Positions 19,059-28,829 of a stretch of DNA of 64,000 bases are shown here, piece after piece; within the stretch, counting starts at the first letter, position 1, and the number at the start of each line of letters is the position of its first letter. Location: positions 70,206 through 134,205 of the forward strand of contig JACPGI010000003.1 in assembly GCA_016182565.1 (NCBI GenBank). Reading direction: 5' to 3'. The notes beneath the pieces are model-generated. The model was not told the origin of the DNA, did no database searches, and worked only from the letters and a program-made list of their open reading frames with translations. A program made the translations under genes and the position numbers. This DNA is from a candidate division WWE3 bacterium (GTDB lineage: Bacteria > Patescibacteriota > WWE3 > UBA101185 > UBA10185).

Positions 19059-19316
19059 GTGAACAACAGGATTAATAAAATACAAATTAATATTTATCGC
19101 AGTACAGACCTCGCTATTAGTAGCTACCTATCGCTTTCATATACCCTACTGGGTTTAGAGAAAATTGATGGTAATAGGTACGAGTTTGTTTTTGAAAAAA
19201 CCCCCGAATTAGAGAAATCAGTAGAATCATTTTTTAATAACACAGCAACCGTTTCACCTTCCGATTATTTCAATAGTATAAAAAGTTTAAAAAGCCGGAT
19301 TTATTCCAGGAGCTAA
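19059..19316 (+). CDS. Small hypothetical protein (element-borne)
   Basis: ORF only; part of a co-oriented gene string. Confidence 0.25.
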   Translation: MNNRINKIQINIYRSTDLAISSYLSLSYTLLGLEKIDGNRYEFVFEKTPELEKSVESFFNNTATVSPSDYFNSIKSLKSRIYSRS

Positions 19317-19555
19317 TGATGTTGCCTAAAGATGCAGTAACCGAATTTGCAGGTCTTTACCTCAAAAACTTTGGTGTTCAGTTGACATCGGAGGAAGCAG
19401 AGGAAAGGGCAAATAGAGTTTTTAACTTTTTCAAAACGATAATCAGGCCAGTTGAAGAAAATAACAAATTAGTGGAAGAAGTCCCCGGCCAGGAATCTGA
19501 AGCAGAAAGGAAAAATAAAACCTATGGCGATAAAAAGAAAAGTAAAAAAAGCTGA
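19316..19555 (+). CDS. Small hypothetical protein (element-borne)
   Basis: ORF with an ATGA overlap with the upstream ORF. Confidence 0.25.
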   Translation: MMLPKDAVTEFAGLYLKNFGVQLTSEEAEERANRVFNFFKTIIRPVEENNKLVEEVPGQESEAERKNKTYGDKKKSKKS

Positions 19556-19907
19556 AGGTATTAAACCAATACCCGCGGATATCTATCCTGCAAAGCTAGT
19601 TTCCATCGCAGAAGGTGATGGTGACTATGGTAAGTACTTCAAACTTGAATTTGAAGTTACCGACGGAACTTACTCCGGTGAAAAGAGAACCATCATAGCC
19701 AGCGACAAGCTTTCACGAGGTCAAAAGGGAGGCTCAAAGCTTCTTGGTATCTTGGAAACTTTAACAGGCAAGCAATTGGATTTTGACCAGGAAATTGATA
19801 TCGAAAGCTATCTTGGTTCAAGATGCAGGATATTGGTTGATGAAGCCGAAACCAAGGGTGACATCCAAATTCAGAATGTCGGTAAAGTGATGCCACCCAA
19901 AGAGTAG
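19524..19907 (+). CDS. Small hypothetical protein (element-borne)
   Basis: ORF only. Confidence 0.3.
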   Translation: MAIKRKVKKAEGIKPIPADIYPAKLVSIAEGDGDYGKYFKLEFEVTDGTYSGEKRTIIASDKLSRGQKGGSKLLGILETLTGKQLDFDQEIDIESYLGSRCRILVDEAETKGDIQIQNVGKVMPPKE

Positions 19908-19971
19908 AAAGTATCAAATTAAGGAGACAACGGGGAGGGTTTCGCGACTCTCCCCCTCCGGAAGAATCTTT

Positions 19972-22335
19972 ATGCAACAAGATTATAACAAATTAAATAA
20001 ACAACCGTCTGAGTTTTTAGACGAGTGGAAAATTGAATATGATGACAAAGGCAAGGAACTTGTGTTAGCCTGTTTGTTTTCTGACTGCGATAGTGAGGGA
20101 AACACCAAACACCTATACATGGACGCAGACACGGGGCAATTTTGGTGCCACAAATGCCATAAGAAAGGTAACCTTGTTACTGTTGCCGAGCATTTGAATC
20201 TAAACCCATCAGACCTATTTGAAAAGCCTAAAACGAAAACTGTAAGACTAAAAAGTGGTAGAAAGGTTGAACTAAAAGCAGAACCCAAGTCCGAGGAGTT
20301 ACTAGAAAAAGCCAGTAGTTACCATAACAACCTATCCGTTGAACAACGTGAATATCTGAACAAGAGGGGCATAACAAACGCTACGGTTGATACCCGGCTT
20401 ATTGGTGAGAGCGAAATATATGGAGTTAAAAGAATCACACTCCCTGTTTTTGATAAAAATGGAAATGTAATAAGTATCAAGGCTAGGGTTGTTCAAGAGT
20501 TAGAAGAAGCTACAGATGCAAAATATGTGTATTTCCCTACGGGTGCAAAGGCATCGCTTTACGGTTTAGACCTATTAGAAAAAAGTATTTCTGATTTTGC
20601 GATTATTTCCGAAGGTGAGTTTGATTCGCTAATTCTTTCACAATGGGGATACACTTCAGTTTCTTCTACCGGTGGAGCTGGAACATTTTCATCTGATTGG
20701 GTTTTATTTTTTGATAATTTCCAAAAGATATATTTTTGCTATGACAACGACAAGGCGGGCAAAGAAGGCGCAATTGAACACGCCAAAAAGTTTAAAAACA
20801 AAAAAGTATTTATAGTAGAAATACCACAAATTGAGGGTGTAAAAGATGTAACAGAATTTGCAACGGTTGCAGGAAATACAAAAGAAGATTTTGAATTGCT
20901 TTTGAAAAATGCCAAAGAATATAATCCTTACAGTCCAGAGTTCCTAAATCTTGAGTTTGGCGAGCCAATCAAAGAGTTTATTCCGTCACAGTTTTATGAT
21001 GCAGACACTACGTTTTTCACTATTCCGTTAAACATTAAAAATAATGAGGAAAGTCCATTCAGGGTTATAACCTCAAACAAAGAACTTTATACGCTAGATG
21101 AAGTTAAGGATAAGTTTAACTACAAAATAGTAAGAAATCCTGATTTTATGCAGCGTTGGAGTTCAGATGGTGTAAGGGCATATTTATCCGGCAAAGGTGC
21201 ATCTAGCTATAATATTACGTTGCAGGAGCTGGTTTCTTTCCTGAAACAATATGTTGACCTGTCAAACGAAAACTGGTATTTGGTTATAGCCCTATGGCTT
21301 TGGGGAACTTACTTTTATCGTATCTTTAATAGTTACCCCTATTTCAACGTAAACGGCTTGATGGGCTGTGGTAAGTCAAAGTTATTGGAAGTTGGCTCAT
21401 TTCTTGCTTTCAACGGTGAGTTTTTAGTTACCTCTACCCCGGCTTTTGTTATTGATTGTATAAACGATAATTGTGCAACGCTATTCTTGGACGAAGTTGA
21501 AAATCTTAAAAATGCTGCAAATCCCGACACACAAACAATGGTTCAAATGCTTAACTCTGGTTATAAGAAGGGTCCCAAGAAAGGTAAGAAAGACCCAAGC
21601 GGTAAAGGTAAAGGCTGGAACTCAATAAAACTAGACCCTTACAGCCCAAAAATGATTGCTGGTATCAAAAACATTAGCGACACGCTTATTTCTAGATCAA
21701 TAAATATGACTATGGTTTTGAGCAACAATAATGAAATCAAGAATAAAGAATTAAGCGAATCTGATACAAGATTGAGCAGTTATAGAGATACTTTCTATTA
21801 CTCTGCAATGGAACTTCACACCGATATTAAGGATATTTACAATCAACTAACCGAAACAGAAGTTTTTGGTAGAAATTGGGAAGTTTGGAGACCACTATTT
21901 TGCATCGCTTTAGCACTGAATAGCCAAAACCCTGAAAGTGAACCTGTTAACTACAACAAAGTTAGAACCTTTGCATTGGAAATAATAAAAAACCAATCAG
22001 GAATAAATGCAGAAAACCAAAGCACAATCCAAATGCTTGTGGCGTTTAGAGAAATGATGGTCCGAGATCAAAGATTAAACAACTTTTACACTATGTCGCA
22101 ACTTAAAACCTTTTTACTTGATAATCACGGAGACTATTTTGATTGGCTTGGAGAGTTCAAGGAAAGTGGCATAAGCCGATACATAGGCGATGAGTTAAGA
22201 AAGACCGGGATTGTAACGGAAGCTGCAAAAGCTGTAAAAATTGACGGTAAGACCCAAAGAGGCTTCATTTTGGATAGGAATTTAATAGAAAGGCGTCTTA
22301 AAGCCTACGGTATTGAGTTTGGAGTAACTGCGTAA
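19972..22335 (+). CDS. Primase-helicase (CHC2 zinc finger, TOPRIM, P-loop NTPase)
   Basis: It has a zinc-binding CHKCHKKG, a TOPRIM region (IISEGEFDS...CYDNDKAGKEG) and Walker A GLMGCGKSK in the C-terminal half. This is the architecture of phage/plasmid primase-helicases. Confidence 0.75.
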   Translation: MQQDYNKLNKQPSEFLDEWKIEYDDKGKELVLACLFSDCDSEGNTKHLYMDADTGQFWCHKCHKKGNLVTVAEHLNLNPSDLFEKPKTKTVRLKSGRKVELKAEPKSEELLEKASSYHNNLSVEQREYLNKRGITNATVDTRLIGESEIYGVKRITLPVFDKNGNVISIKARVVQELEEATDAKYVYFPTGAKASLYGLDLLEKSISDFAIISEGEFDSLILSQWGYTSVSSTGGAGTFSSDWVLFFDNFQKIYFCYDNDKAGKEGAIEHAKKFKNKKVFIVEIPQIEGVKDVTEFATVAGNTKEDFELLLKNAKEYNPYSPEFLNLEFGEPIKEFIPSQFYDADTTFFTIPLNIKNNEESPFRVITSNKELYTLDEVKDKFNYKIVRNPDFMQRWSSDGVRAYLSGKGASSYNITLQELVSFLKQYVDLSNENWYLVIALWLWGTYFYRIFNSYPYFNVNGLMGCGKSKLLEVGSFLAFNGEFLVTSTPAFVIDCINDNCATLFLDEVENLKNAANPDTQTMVQMLNSGYKKGPKKGKKDPSGKGKGWNSIKLDPYSPKMIAGIKNISDTLISRSINMTMVLSNNNEIKNKELSESDTRLSSYRDTFYYSAMELHTDIKDIYNQLTETEVFGRNWEVWRPLFCIALALNSQNPESEPVNYNKVRTFALEIIKNQSGINAENQSTIQMLVAFREMMVRDQRLNNFYTMSQLKTFLLDNHGDYFDWLGEFKESGISRYIGDELRKTGIVTEAAKAVKIDGKTQRGFILDRNLIERRLKAYGIEFGVTA

Positions 22336-22486
22336 CTATATGAGGCAAAGTTACTGTAATAACAAACAAAACAGTTGGTTACGAAGTAGGTTACGATATA
22401 CCCCTACCCTACGTAACCCATATCGTAACCAGAGATCTTGCTTGTCCTTACAATATAAACGCAACGCAAGGTTACAAAGTTACAAG
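22324..22486. repeat. Iteron-like cluster of at least nine GTAAC/GGTTAC motifs including an imperfect palindrome of about 54 bp (22377-22430)
   Basis: Seen directly: GGTTACGaagtaGGTTACGATATACCCCTACCCTACGTAACCCATATCGTAACC, plus GTAACTGCGTAACT upstream and GGTTACAAAGTTACAAGG downstream. It lies immediately 3' of the primase-helicase gene. Confidence 0.5.
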
Positions 22487-22493
22487 GAATCTT

Positions 22494-22853
22494 ATGCCAG
22501 TAAAAGATCTGTTGTTAAAAGTAAATAAAGCACAAACTGGAAATCATAGCGTCCATATGATTCAGGAAGTTGTAAAAGAGGTTGACTCCGAAAACCAAGG
22601 AATTCCTGCCACAGAAACCTTTGAGTCGGTTGATCTATCAACACTAAGTTCAAAGGAGCTTTTAGCTTTAAATAAACAGCTAACCTCTTGGCTGGAAACG
22701 CATGAGTGTCAAACAGGAACCGACAATAAGTTGGATATTAACGACAGACCCTATGACCACGAGCTATACCTAAAAAAGCTACGACTGTACGAAGAAACCT
22801 GTGTTGCTTACTTCTCAAGACCGCTTGGCGAGGAGTTGGAAGGTGTCTTATAA
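22494..22853 (+). CDS. Hypothetical protein (element-borne)
   Basis: 119 aa ORF between the primase-helicase and the recombinase. Confidence 0.3.
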   Translation: MPVKDLLLKVNKAQTGNHSVHMIQEVVKEVDSENQGIPATETFESVDLSTLSSKELLALNKQLTSWLETHECQTGTDNKLDINDRPYDHELYLKKLRLYEETCVAYFSRPLGEELEGVL

Positions 22854-22950
22854 CTATGTATAATTTATATGGATACATATGCAAAGATAGTGAAATGGCC
22901 GAATTGGTCTTATATCTTTGCGGATGTATCCAACCAGTTCGGCCATTTTT

Positions 22951-24576
22951 ATGGAAATAAATAGAAACCTTACAGGCTTAAAAGCCATTGAATACAACCG
23001 CAAAAGCTCGGAAGACGAGGAACGCCAAATCGCGTCTCTTGAAGATCAACATGCAGAAAATCAAAAAGTGATTGAAAGACATCAACTTAAAGTTGCAAAG
23101 TGCGACATTATTGAGGAATCTAAATCAGCCAAGAAACCTGGGCGACCGAAGTTTAATAAAATGGCTGAAGATATTGCTAATGGCAAGTATCAGGTTATTG
23201 TGTGTTGGCAGGCAAACCGTTTAGCTCGTAATTCTCGTGATGCTGGTGAAATCATTGGCTTACTTTCCGATAAAAAACTAATAGCAATCGTTACTCCTGG
23301 TAAGATTTACTATAACGGTGGTGAGGACAAACTTCTTCTTTATATCGAATTTGGTATGAGTGAAAAATACAGCGATGACTTATCAGCAAATGTTATTCGC
23401 GGTATGACTTCGAAAGTTGGTAGAGGTTGGTGGCCTGGTAGACCAAAAGTAGGTTATGTAAACATTAAATATGACGGTGAGGAACCTGTTCAGATTATAG
23501 ACGAACAAAGGTTTCCGCTACTCCGCAGAGCGATAGACCTATTTTTAGATGGTAATCACACGGCACCCCGCGTTTTAGAAATATTAAATGACGAGTGGGG
23601 TTTTAAAATGCGAAAAACCAAAAGAACCGGTGGTGGGAAGATGAGCAAAGGTAAGTTTTACAGCTTTTTATCCGACCCTTTTTACTATGGAAAATTGATT
23701 TGGGGCAAAGAGATTGGGGATGTTCATAAAAACCTGAAGCGACTCCTGAGTGAGGACGAGTTTTGGAAAGTACAGGCTCTTATGGGTAAACGCGGACAAG
23801 CAAGACCAAGTGTACATACCAAACTGCCGTTTAGAGGCCTAATTAAGTGCGGTGAGTGCCAAAGCACTTGGATTCCTTATGCTAGACCTAGGCAAACGGT
23901 TGATGGTAGCTTTAAACTGTACGAATATATTAGGTGTAACCACGACGGGATAAGTAAAAAATGTACACAAAAACAAGTAACTATCCAAGAAATTGAGAAA
24001 CAGGTTTTGGAGTTGTTGGACCAGATAACAATCTCGGAGGACTTCTGTAATTGGGCAATTGATTGGATTAAAAAGCAGCATCAAACAGAATCAAGCGCAC
24101 AACTACAAATACTCAAAAATCTTGAAAGTTCTTTGGAACAAATCCAAGGCCGCAAGAATAAGTTAGTAGAAATGTATATGGATAGCCTGTTAGACGGACA
24201 AGCAGACTATAAGAAACGCAAAGCGGATTTGGAAAAAGAGGAACAAGATATACAAAAGGAATTAAACGCCTTGAAAACCAGAACAAACAACTGGATGGAT
24301 TTGGCTATTAAAACCTTCAACTTTGCAAAGAACGCCCGCTATCACTTTGAACATGGAACATTTGAGGATAAGACTTTGATACTTCGCACACTCGGCTCGA
24401 ACTTTTACATGCTTAACGGGAAACTGTGTGTTGACCTAATAAAACCCTTCTTTATTTTCAAAAACAATCAGGATTTAGTAAATGTGCCTTTTGAAACTAT
24501 TGAAAACCCAGAATACGCCGACGTTATGGCCGGAACTGATGATCTTGAACATTGGTTTTTAAAATGGTCGGGGTAG
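22951..24576 (+). CDS. Large serine recombinase (integrase)
   Basis: The N-terminal catalytic domain has YNRKSSEDEERQIASLEDQ and ANRLARN. A recombinase domain and a zinc ribbon (CGECQ...C) follow, then a coiled coil. The stop codon overlaps the 3' end of tRNA-Pro. Confidence 0.8.
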   Translation: MEINRNLTGLKAIEYNRKSSEDEERQIASLEDQHAENQKVIERHQLKVAKCDIIEESKSAKKPGRPKFNKMAEDIANGKYQVIVCWQANRLARNSRDAGEIIGLLSDKKLIAIVTPGKIYYNGGEDKLLLYIEFGMSEKYSDDLSANVIRGMTSKVGRGWWPGRPKVGYVNIKYDGEEPVQIIDEQRFPLLRRAIDLFLDGNHTAPRVLEILNDEWGFKMRKTKRTGGGKMSKGKFYSFLSDPFYYGKLIWGKEIGDVHKNLKRLLSEDEFWKVQALMGKRGQARPSVHTKLPFRGLIKCGECQSTWIPYARPRQTVDGSFKLYEYIRCNHDGISKKCTQKQVTIQEIEKQVLELLDQITISEDFCNWAIDWIKKQHQTESSAQLQILKNLESSLEQIQGRKNKLVEMYMDSLLDGQADYKKRKADLEKEEQDIQKELNALKTRTNNWMDLAIKTFNFAKNARYHFEHGTFEDKTLILRTLGSNFYMLNGKLCVDLIKPFFIFKNNQDLVNVPFETIENPEYADVMAGTDDLEHWFLKWSG

Positions 24577-24641
24577 CAGGACTCGAACCTGCGGCCTCGC
24601 GAACCCGAATCGCGCGCTCTAGCCAACTGAGCTACACCCCG
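24565..24641 (-). tRNA. tRNA-Pro (anticodon CGG)
   Basis: A manual fold of the reverse complement gives a 7 bp acceptor stem (CGGGGTG/TACCCCG), a D-arm, an anticodon stem CGCGA/TCGCG with loop TTCGGGT, a T-arm GCAGG-TTCGAGT-CCTGC and an encoded CCA. Confidence 0.85.
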
Positions 24642-24716
24642 TAAGATCAAAATTTTGTGAGATTGAATGCTACCACCACTTTAGCATAATAATTTACACT
24701 GTTTTTATATAACAAC

Positions 24717-26606
24717 TTACTTATATCCTTCTGCCTGTAAATTAAACATTTTTGCATAACGTCCCCCCATTTCCATTAGTTTCTTGTGTGATCCTTGTTC
24801 AACTATTTCGCCCCTGTCCATGACAATTATGCGATCGGCATTTCGTACCGTTGAGAATCTATGCGAGATAATTATCACTGTTTTACCTTTGAAAAATTCG
24901 TAAATTTTGTTGAAAATATTGTATTCTGATACTGGATCAATTGCCGCAGTTGGCTCATCAAATATCACAAGTGGGGCATCACGATAGAAAAATCTTGCCA
25001 TTGCTATTTTTTGCCATTGACCGGAAGATGGGCGAATACCACTTTTAATACTTTCAGTAAGAATTTGATCAAATTTGTTTGGAAGTTCCTCAATAAAGTT
25101 TAGTGCATCAGCCGAAAATGCTGCAAGTCTTATACCCACCTCGTCTAATTCTTGGTCTGACTTACCCATGTGAATATTTTCTTCTACTGTGAGATAACCA
25201 TATGTATTATAGTCTTGAAACAATACTCCTAGGTTTTTATAAAAAGAGTCAATTTGAATGTCTTTGAGGTTTATGTCATTTATAGAAATTATCCCGGTTG
25301 AGGGTTGATAAAACCTTGATAAAAGTCTAACAAGAGTTGTTTTTCCAGCACCATTGTGACCAACAATTGCTATTTTTTCGCCAGCTTTAATCTCCAGGGT
25401 CAAATTCTTAATCGTGATGTTTTGAGCATTTGGGTAGGTAAAGTCTAAGTTCTTTATCTTTATAGAAGGACCACTTTTTAAAACCGGTAAAACAATATCG
25501 CCATCAGCAAAAGCTGGTGGCATGGAATAAAGTTTTTCTGCCTCTTTAAACCATAGTGCATTTTCGAATATGTCATTACTATTGCTTAATACTCTTCTAA
25601 GGGAGTTACTAAGTTGGCTTAGTGTTTGTATCCAAAAAGTAGCATCCCCAACTGAAATTAAGCCATTTACTACCCTCGTAAAAAGTTTTAAATAACCTAC
25701 AAATATCAAAGTTAAATCGTTTAAAAAGTTAAAAATTTCACTTCCTATTCGCCACTTTGCAGTTATTTTTAACTTCATTTCAACAAACCAGTTTTGAAAG
25801 TCCATATATTTTTTATCTAAAAATCCAAACGCATTTGTTATATAGATTTCCTTAAGTGCATTAACATTACTTAGACTATTTGCTACACTTCCAGTTATTC
25901 TATTTTTTTCAGTATTTTCCCAGTCGAACTTATAGTTTTCCTTTCTCATATATTTGTCAAAAATTACATATGGAATATAAGTAATAACGAGAAAAATAGT
26001 GAATTGGGGTAAGAATTTTGTAACAATTACAATTAAAGAAAAAAGCTTTAGTATTTCAGTGACAAAGCCGACATTCTGTCTATAAAATTGCAGTAGGTTT
26101 GTAAGATAATTGTCAGCTCTTGCTATCGAATCATGTATATCGGGCTTTTCTAAGGTTTGAAGCCCCAATTCCTTTAGTTTTAGATAGAATGACCTTCTTA
26201 TTATTGGTCTATGCTTAACCCTTAAAATTACCATGCAGGTATTTTCGATTATTCTAAGTAACATCTCTATTATTTTGGCGATGACTACTATGTATATAAG
26301 TTTGTATAAATTGTCGAGATTTTTATCTGGAGCGGCTGCAATTTTGATGAGCGCATCAATAAGCTTTGCCATTATATACGAGTACAGTAAGTCTTGATAT
26401 TGCAAAATTGTTGTAGTAATTATGTGTACTACCCCAGCCACAGGACTCACTCTAAACAATGACCCTATAGCCCATTTCGAGATACGAAAGAACTCTTTCC
26501 ATGAAAGCTTTTGGTAGTCGTACTTTATGTCTGCGGTCGATGTTTTAGCTTGGCTTTTTTGTTTGTCTTTTTGCTCTGCCATTTTCATATTAAAGTATAA
26601 ACCCAA
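24717..26606 (-). CDS. ABC exporter, fused permease plus ATPase (MsbA/MdlB-like)
   Basis: It has an N-terminal six-TM domain and a C-terminal ATPase with Walker A GHNGAGKTT, signature SGGQWQKIAMAR and Walker B LVIFDEPT. Confidence 0.8.
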   Translation of the reverse strand: MGLYFNMKMAEQKDKQKSQAKTSTADIKYDYQKLSWKEFFRISKWAIGSLFRVSPVAGVVHIITTTILQYQDLLYSYIMAKLIDALIKIAAAPDKNLDNLYKLIYIVVIAKIIEMLLRIIENTCMVILRVKHRPIIRRSFYLKLKELGLQTLEKPDIHDSIARADNYLTNLLQFYRQNVGFVTEILKLFSLIVIVTKFLPQFTIFLVITYIPYVIFDKYMRKENYKFDWENTEKNRITGSVANSLSNVNALKEIYITNAFGFLDKKYMDFQNWFVEMKLKITAKWRIGSEIFNFLNDLTLIFVGYLKLFTRVVNGLISVGDATFWIQTLSQLSNSLRRVLSNSNDIFENALWFKEAEKLYSMPPAFADGDIVLPVLKSGPSIKIKNLDFTYPNAQNITIKNLTLEIKAGEKIAIVGHNGAGKTTLVRLLSRFYQPSTGIISINDINLKDIQIDSFYKNLGVLFQDYNTYGYLTVEENIHMGKSDQELDEVGIRLAAFSADALNFIEELPNKFDQILTESIKSGIRPSSGQWQKIAMARFFYRDAPLVIFDEPTAAIDPVSEYNIFNKIYEFFKGKTVIIISHRFSTVRNADRIIVMDRGEIVEQGSHKKLMEMGGRYAKMFNLQAEGYK

Positions 26607-26663
26607 TTTATCTCTACATAAATGAGGTTTTGTGGTTTTTACAAGAGGGCTTATAATTAATTT

Positions 26664-27497
26664 ATGATTACCGAAATAAAGGCGAAAAGTATACTTGTAG
26701 CTTCAAAACTCCCAGACACTGACTTCGTAATAAATGCTTATACAGGATGTACTTTTGGCTGTTCTTATTGTTACGCAAGTTTTATGGGACGGTTTAACGG
26801 CAAGAGTATTGATGATTGGGGTAGTTATGTATTTCCCAAAGTTAATCTTGAGGAAGTTTTAGATGGGGAACTTTCTAAAATAAAAGATAAAACTAAAGCA
26901 ATTTTTTTAAGTTCCGTGACCGACCCATATCAAGGGCTTGAAACTAAATACCAACTAACAAAGAAGGCTTTGGAATTACTGTTAAAACATCATTGGACGG
27001 GGGAAATTAGTATTTTGACAAAATCTCCACTGGTTACACGAGACATTGAATTATTTAAGAAGTTTCCAAACATTGAAGTTGGATTAACTATAACTTCTAC
27101 CGATGATTCTGTGAGTAGGATTTTAGAACAAAGTGCACCCCCAGCTTCCCTCAGGCTTAAAGCGTTAAAAGAGCTAAATCAAGCAGGTATAAAAACCTAT
27201 GCTTTTATTGGACCACTTCTACCACATTTCAGTGCAACCCCGGAAAAACTAAAAGACATATTTGATAGTGTTTGGGAGACTGGCACAAGAGAAATTTATA
27301 TGGAGCATTTAAACCTTTCCCCCTATATAAAAGTTCGATTATTTGAAAAATTATCCAATGTGGATAGAGCCATCTTAGAGAAGTTTTATGAAGCTGGAAC
27401 GGATAAATACAAAAAAGAACTTGAAGATGTTATTTCTAATTTATTAAAAAGTTATGATTTTAGGTTAAGACTAAATGAAGTGATTTCTCACCGATAA
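26664..27497 (+). CDS. Radical SAM protein, SplB-like DNA repair photolyase family
   Basis: INAYTGCTFGCSYCYA matches the COG1533 pattern N.Y.GC...C.YCYA (CxxxCxxC). Confidence 0.65.
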   Translation: MITEIKAKSILVASKLPDTDFVINAYTGCTFGCSYCYASFMGRFNGKSIDDWGSYVFPKVNLEEVLDGELSKIKDKTKAIFLSSVTDPYQGLETKYQLTKKALELLLKHHWTGEISILTKSPLVTRDIELFKKFPNIEVGLTITSTDDSVSRILEQSAPPASLRLKALKELNQAGIKTYAFIGPLLPHFSATPEKLKDIFDSVWETGTREIYMEHLNLSPYIKVRLFEKLSNVDRAILEKFYEAGTDKYKKELEDVISNLLKSYDFRLRLNEVISHR

Positions 27498-27605
27498 GTT
27501 TTATTATTAATCCTCCTAAGATATTTTATTTGTTTGACCCATAGCTGCGCTAGAGTATAATTCAAAAAAGAAATCTAGATTACATTTGTCTACAGGAGAC
27601 GAGAG

Positions 27606-28028
27606 ATGAAAAATCAACTTCAAGCCCTTTGGCATTTTTTGGGGAATCTTTTGGTGATACTCGGATTTCCACTATATATCATCATTATAGTGTTAACGGA
27701 TGATCGAAGTGCAGTTTGGCTCCGCCTTTTGATATACACCCTTATCATAATGGGGGGAGTCACTGGGTTTTATTTTGCTTTTGGCCCAGCACTAAATGAG
27801 GTTATCCTTTTTGGTTGGAAGTTTAATCCTCCAGTAACTGTACTTCTAACCTCATGGTTGGCCGGAGTCGTGTTGGGGATTGTGGGAATCTTAAGCGAGT
27901 ATTTCGTAAAGCAATGGTATCCTCGTTTGCACACCTATGTCATCGGATTGATCATCATCATGATCGTATTCCTTACCGGGAGCTTTTTTGTATCCTTATT
28001 TCCCTGGGTGAGGCTGATGAGAAATTAG
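27606..28028 (+). CDS. Hypothetical four-TM membrane protein
   Basis: ORF with four hydrophobic segments. Confidence 0.35.
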   Translation: MKNQLQALWHFLGNLLVILGFPLYIIIIVLTDDRSAVWLRLLIYTLIIMGGVTGFYFAFGPALNEVILFGWKFNPPVTVLLTSWLAGVVLGIVGILSEYFVKQWYPRLHTYVIGLIIIMIVFLTGSFFVSLFPWVRLMRN

Positions 28029-28188
28029 GTATCACTTTTAGATAAATTGAAGGGCACATTCAGATAAGTCTAAAGCAGACGACAGCTAAGGAAAATTTTC
28101 TTTACTGTCGTTTTGTTATTTATAGTATGTATGGTGTTTTGTTTAAAGGTGCCAATTAATATTATTTAGCAAATTGTTTGTATTACTT

Positions 28189-28464
28189 TCAAAGCCTACA
28201 TCTGATGGTCATTACATCCTCGGTCCATTTTAATCTTGCTTTGTCATCTTTGATGCTAGAAAGCTGTTGTGATAAGTCTTTCAGAATTTTTCTTAATGAT
28301 TTTTCTTTTTCGTTGAGTTCTGTTTTATCAAAATCTTTATCGGCATGGGCAATAAATTCCGATACTAATCGGATAGGCAGTTTATTTCTAATGTCCCCAG
28401 CAGCAGTTACAACTCTATACAAGTCCATTTTTATGGAATCCATTACAAATTTTTTATCTCTCAT
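28189..28464 (-). CDS. Small hypothetical protein
   Basis: It has an ATGA overlap with the next minus-strand gene. Preferred over the overlapping plus-strand ORF 28178-28468. Confidence 0.3.
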   Translation of the reverse strand: MRDKKFVMDSIKMDLYRVVTAAGDIRNKLPIRLVSEFIAHADKDFDKTELNEKEKSLRKILKDLSQQLSSIKDDKARLKWTEDVMTIRCRL

Positions 28465-28793
28465 ATAATTAAAAACTTCTCAGTTAGCTCCTTCAATTTT
28501 TTACGAATTTCTCCATCCATGATTTCATAGGTTGCTTTACCAAGGTTTGGTTTATAGTTACTCATTGCCATATATTCAATTTCGTTTGTTTCTACTCGGT
28601 ATCCTCCCCCAAACAAGTTTTCCAACTTACTCCCATGCTGTATCAGAACCTCTTCACAATCAATGTGATATTCACCGCCCACAGCCAAGACCCCTCTTTC
28701 TATGTCAATAACTGTTTTTATGTAGTCCCCATACACCTCTCTTGCTTGTTCAAATTGAACTTGAGTAATTTTTTTATCTAAAACTATTATCAT
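28461..28793 (-). CDS. Small hypothetical protein
   Basis: ORF; middle gene of a co-oriented triplet. Confidence 0.3.
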   Translation of the reverse strand: MIIVLDKKITQVQFEQAREVYGDYIKTVIDIERGVLAVGGEYHIDCEEVLIQHGSKLENLFGGGYRVETNEIEYMAMSNYKPNLGKATYEIMDGEIRKKLKELTEKFLII

Positions 28794-28829
28794 GAGATGA
28801 TTTTAACATTTCCTATAAATCTAAAAGTT

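Noticed and set aside
22340-22528. 62 aa ORF (Arg/Tyr/Asn-rich) after the primase-helicase gene
   Set aside because: The sequence is dominated by GTAAC/GGTTAC iterons and a palindrome. The translation is low-complexity and more likely non-coding origin-like DNA.
24468-24650. 60 aa minus-strand ORF overlapping tRNA-Pro(CGG)
   Set aside because: It is fully explained by the tRNA gene and the recombinase 3' end, so the ORF is spurious.
28178-28468. 96 aa plus-strand ORF
   Set aside because: It overlaps a minus-strand ORF that is translationally coupled (ATGA) to two downstream minus-strand genes. The plus-strand translation is low-complexity.
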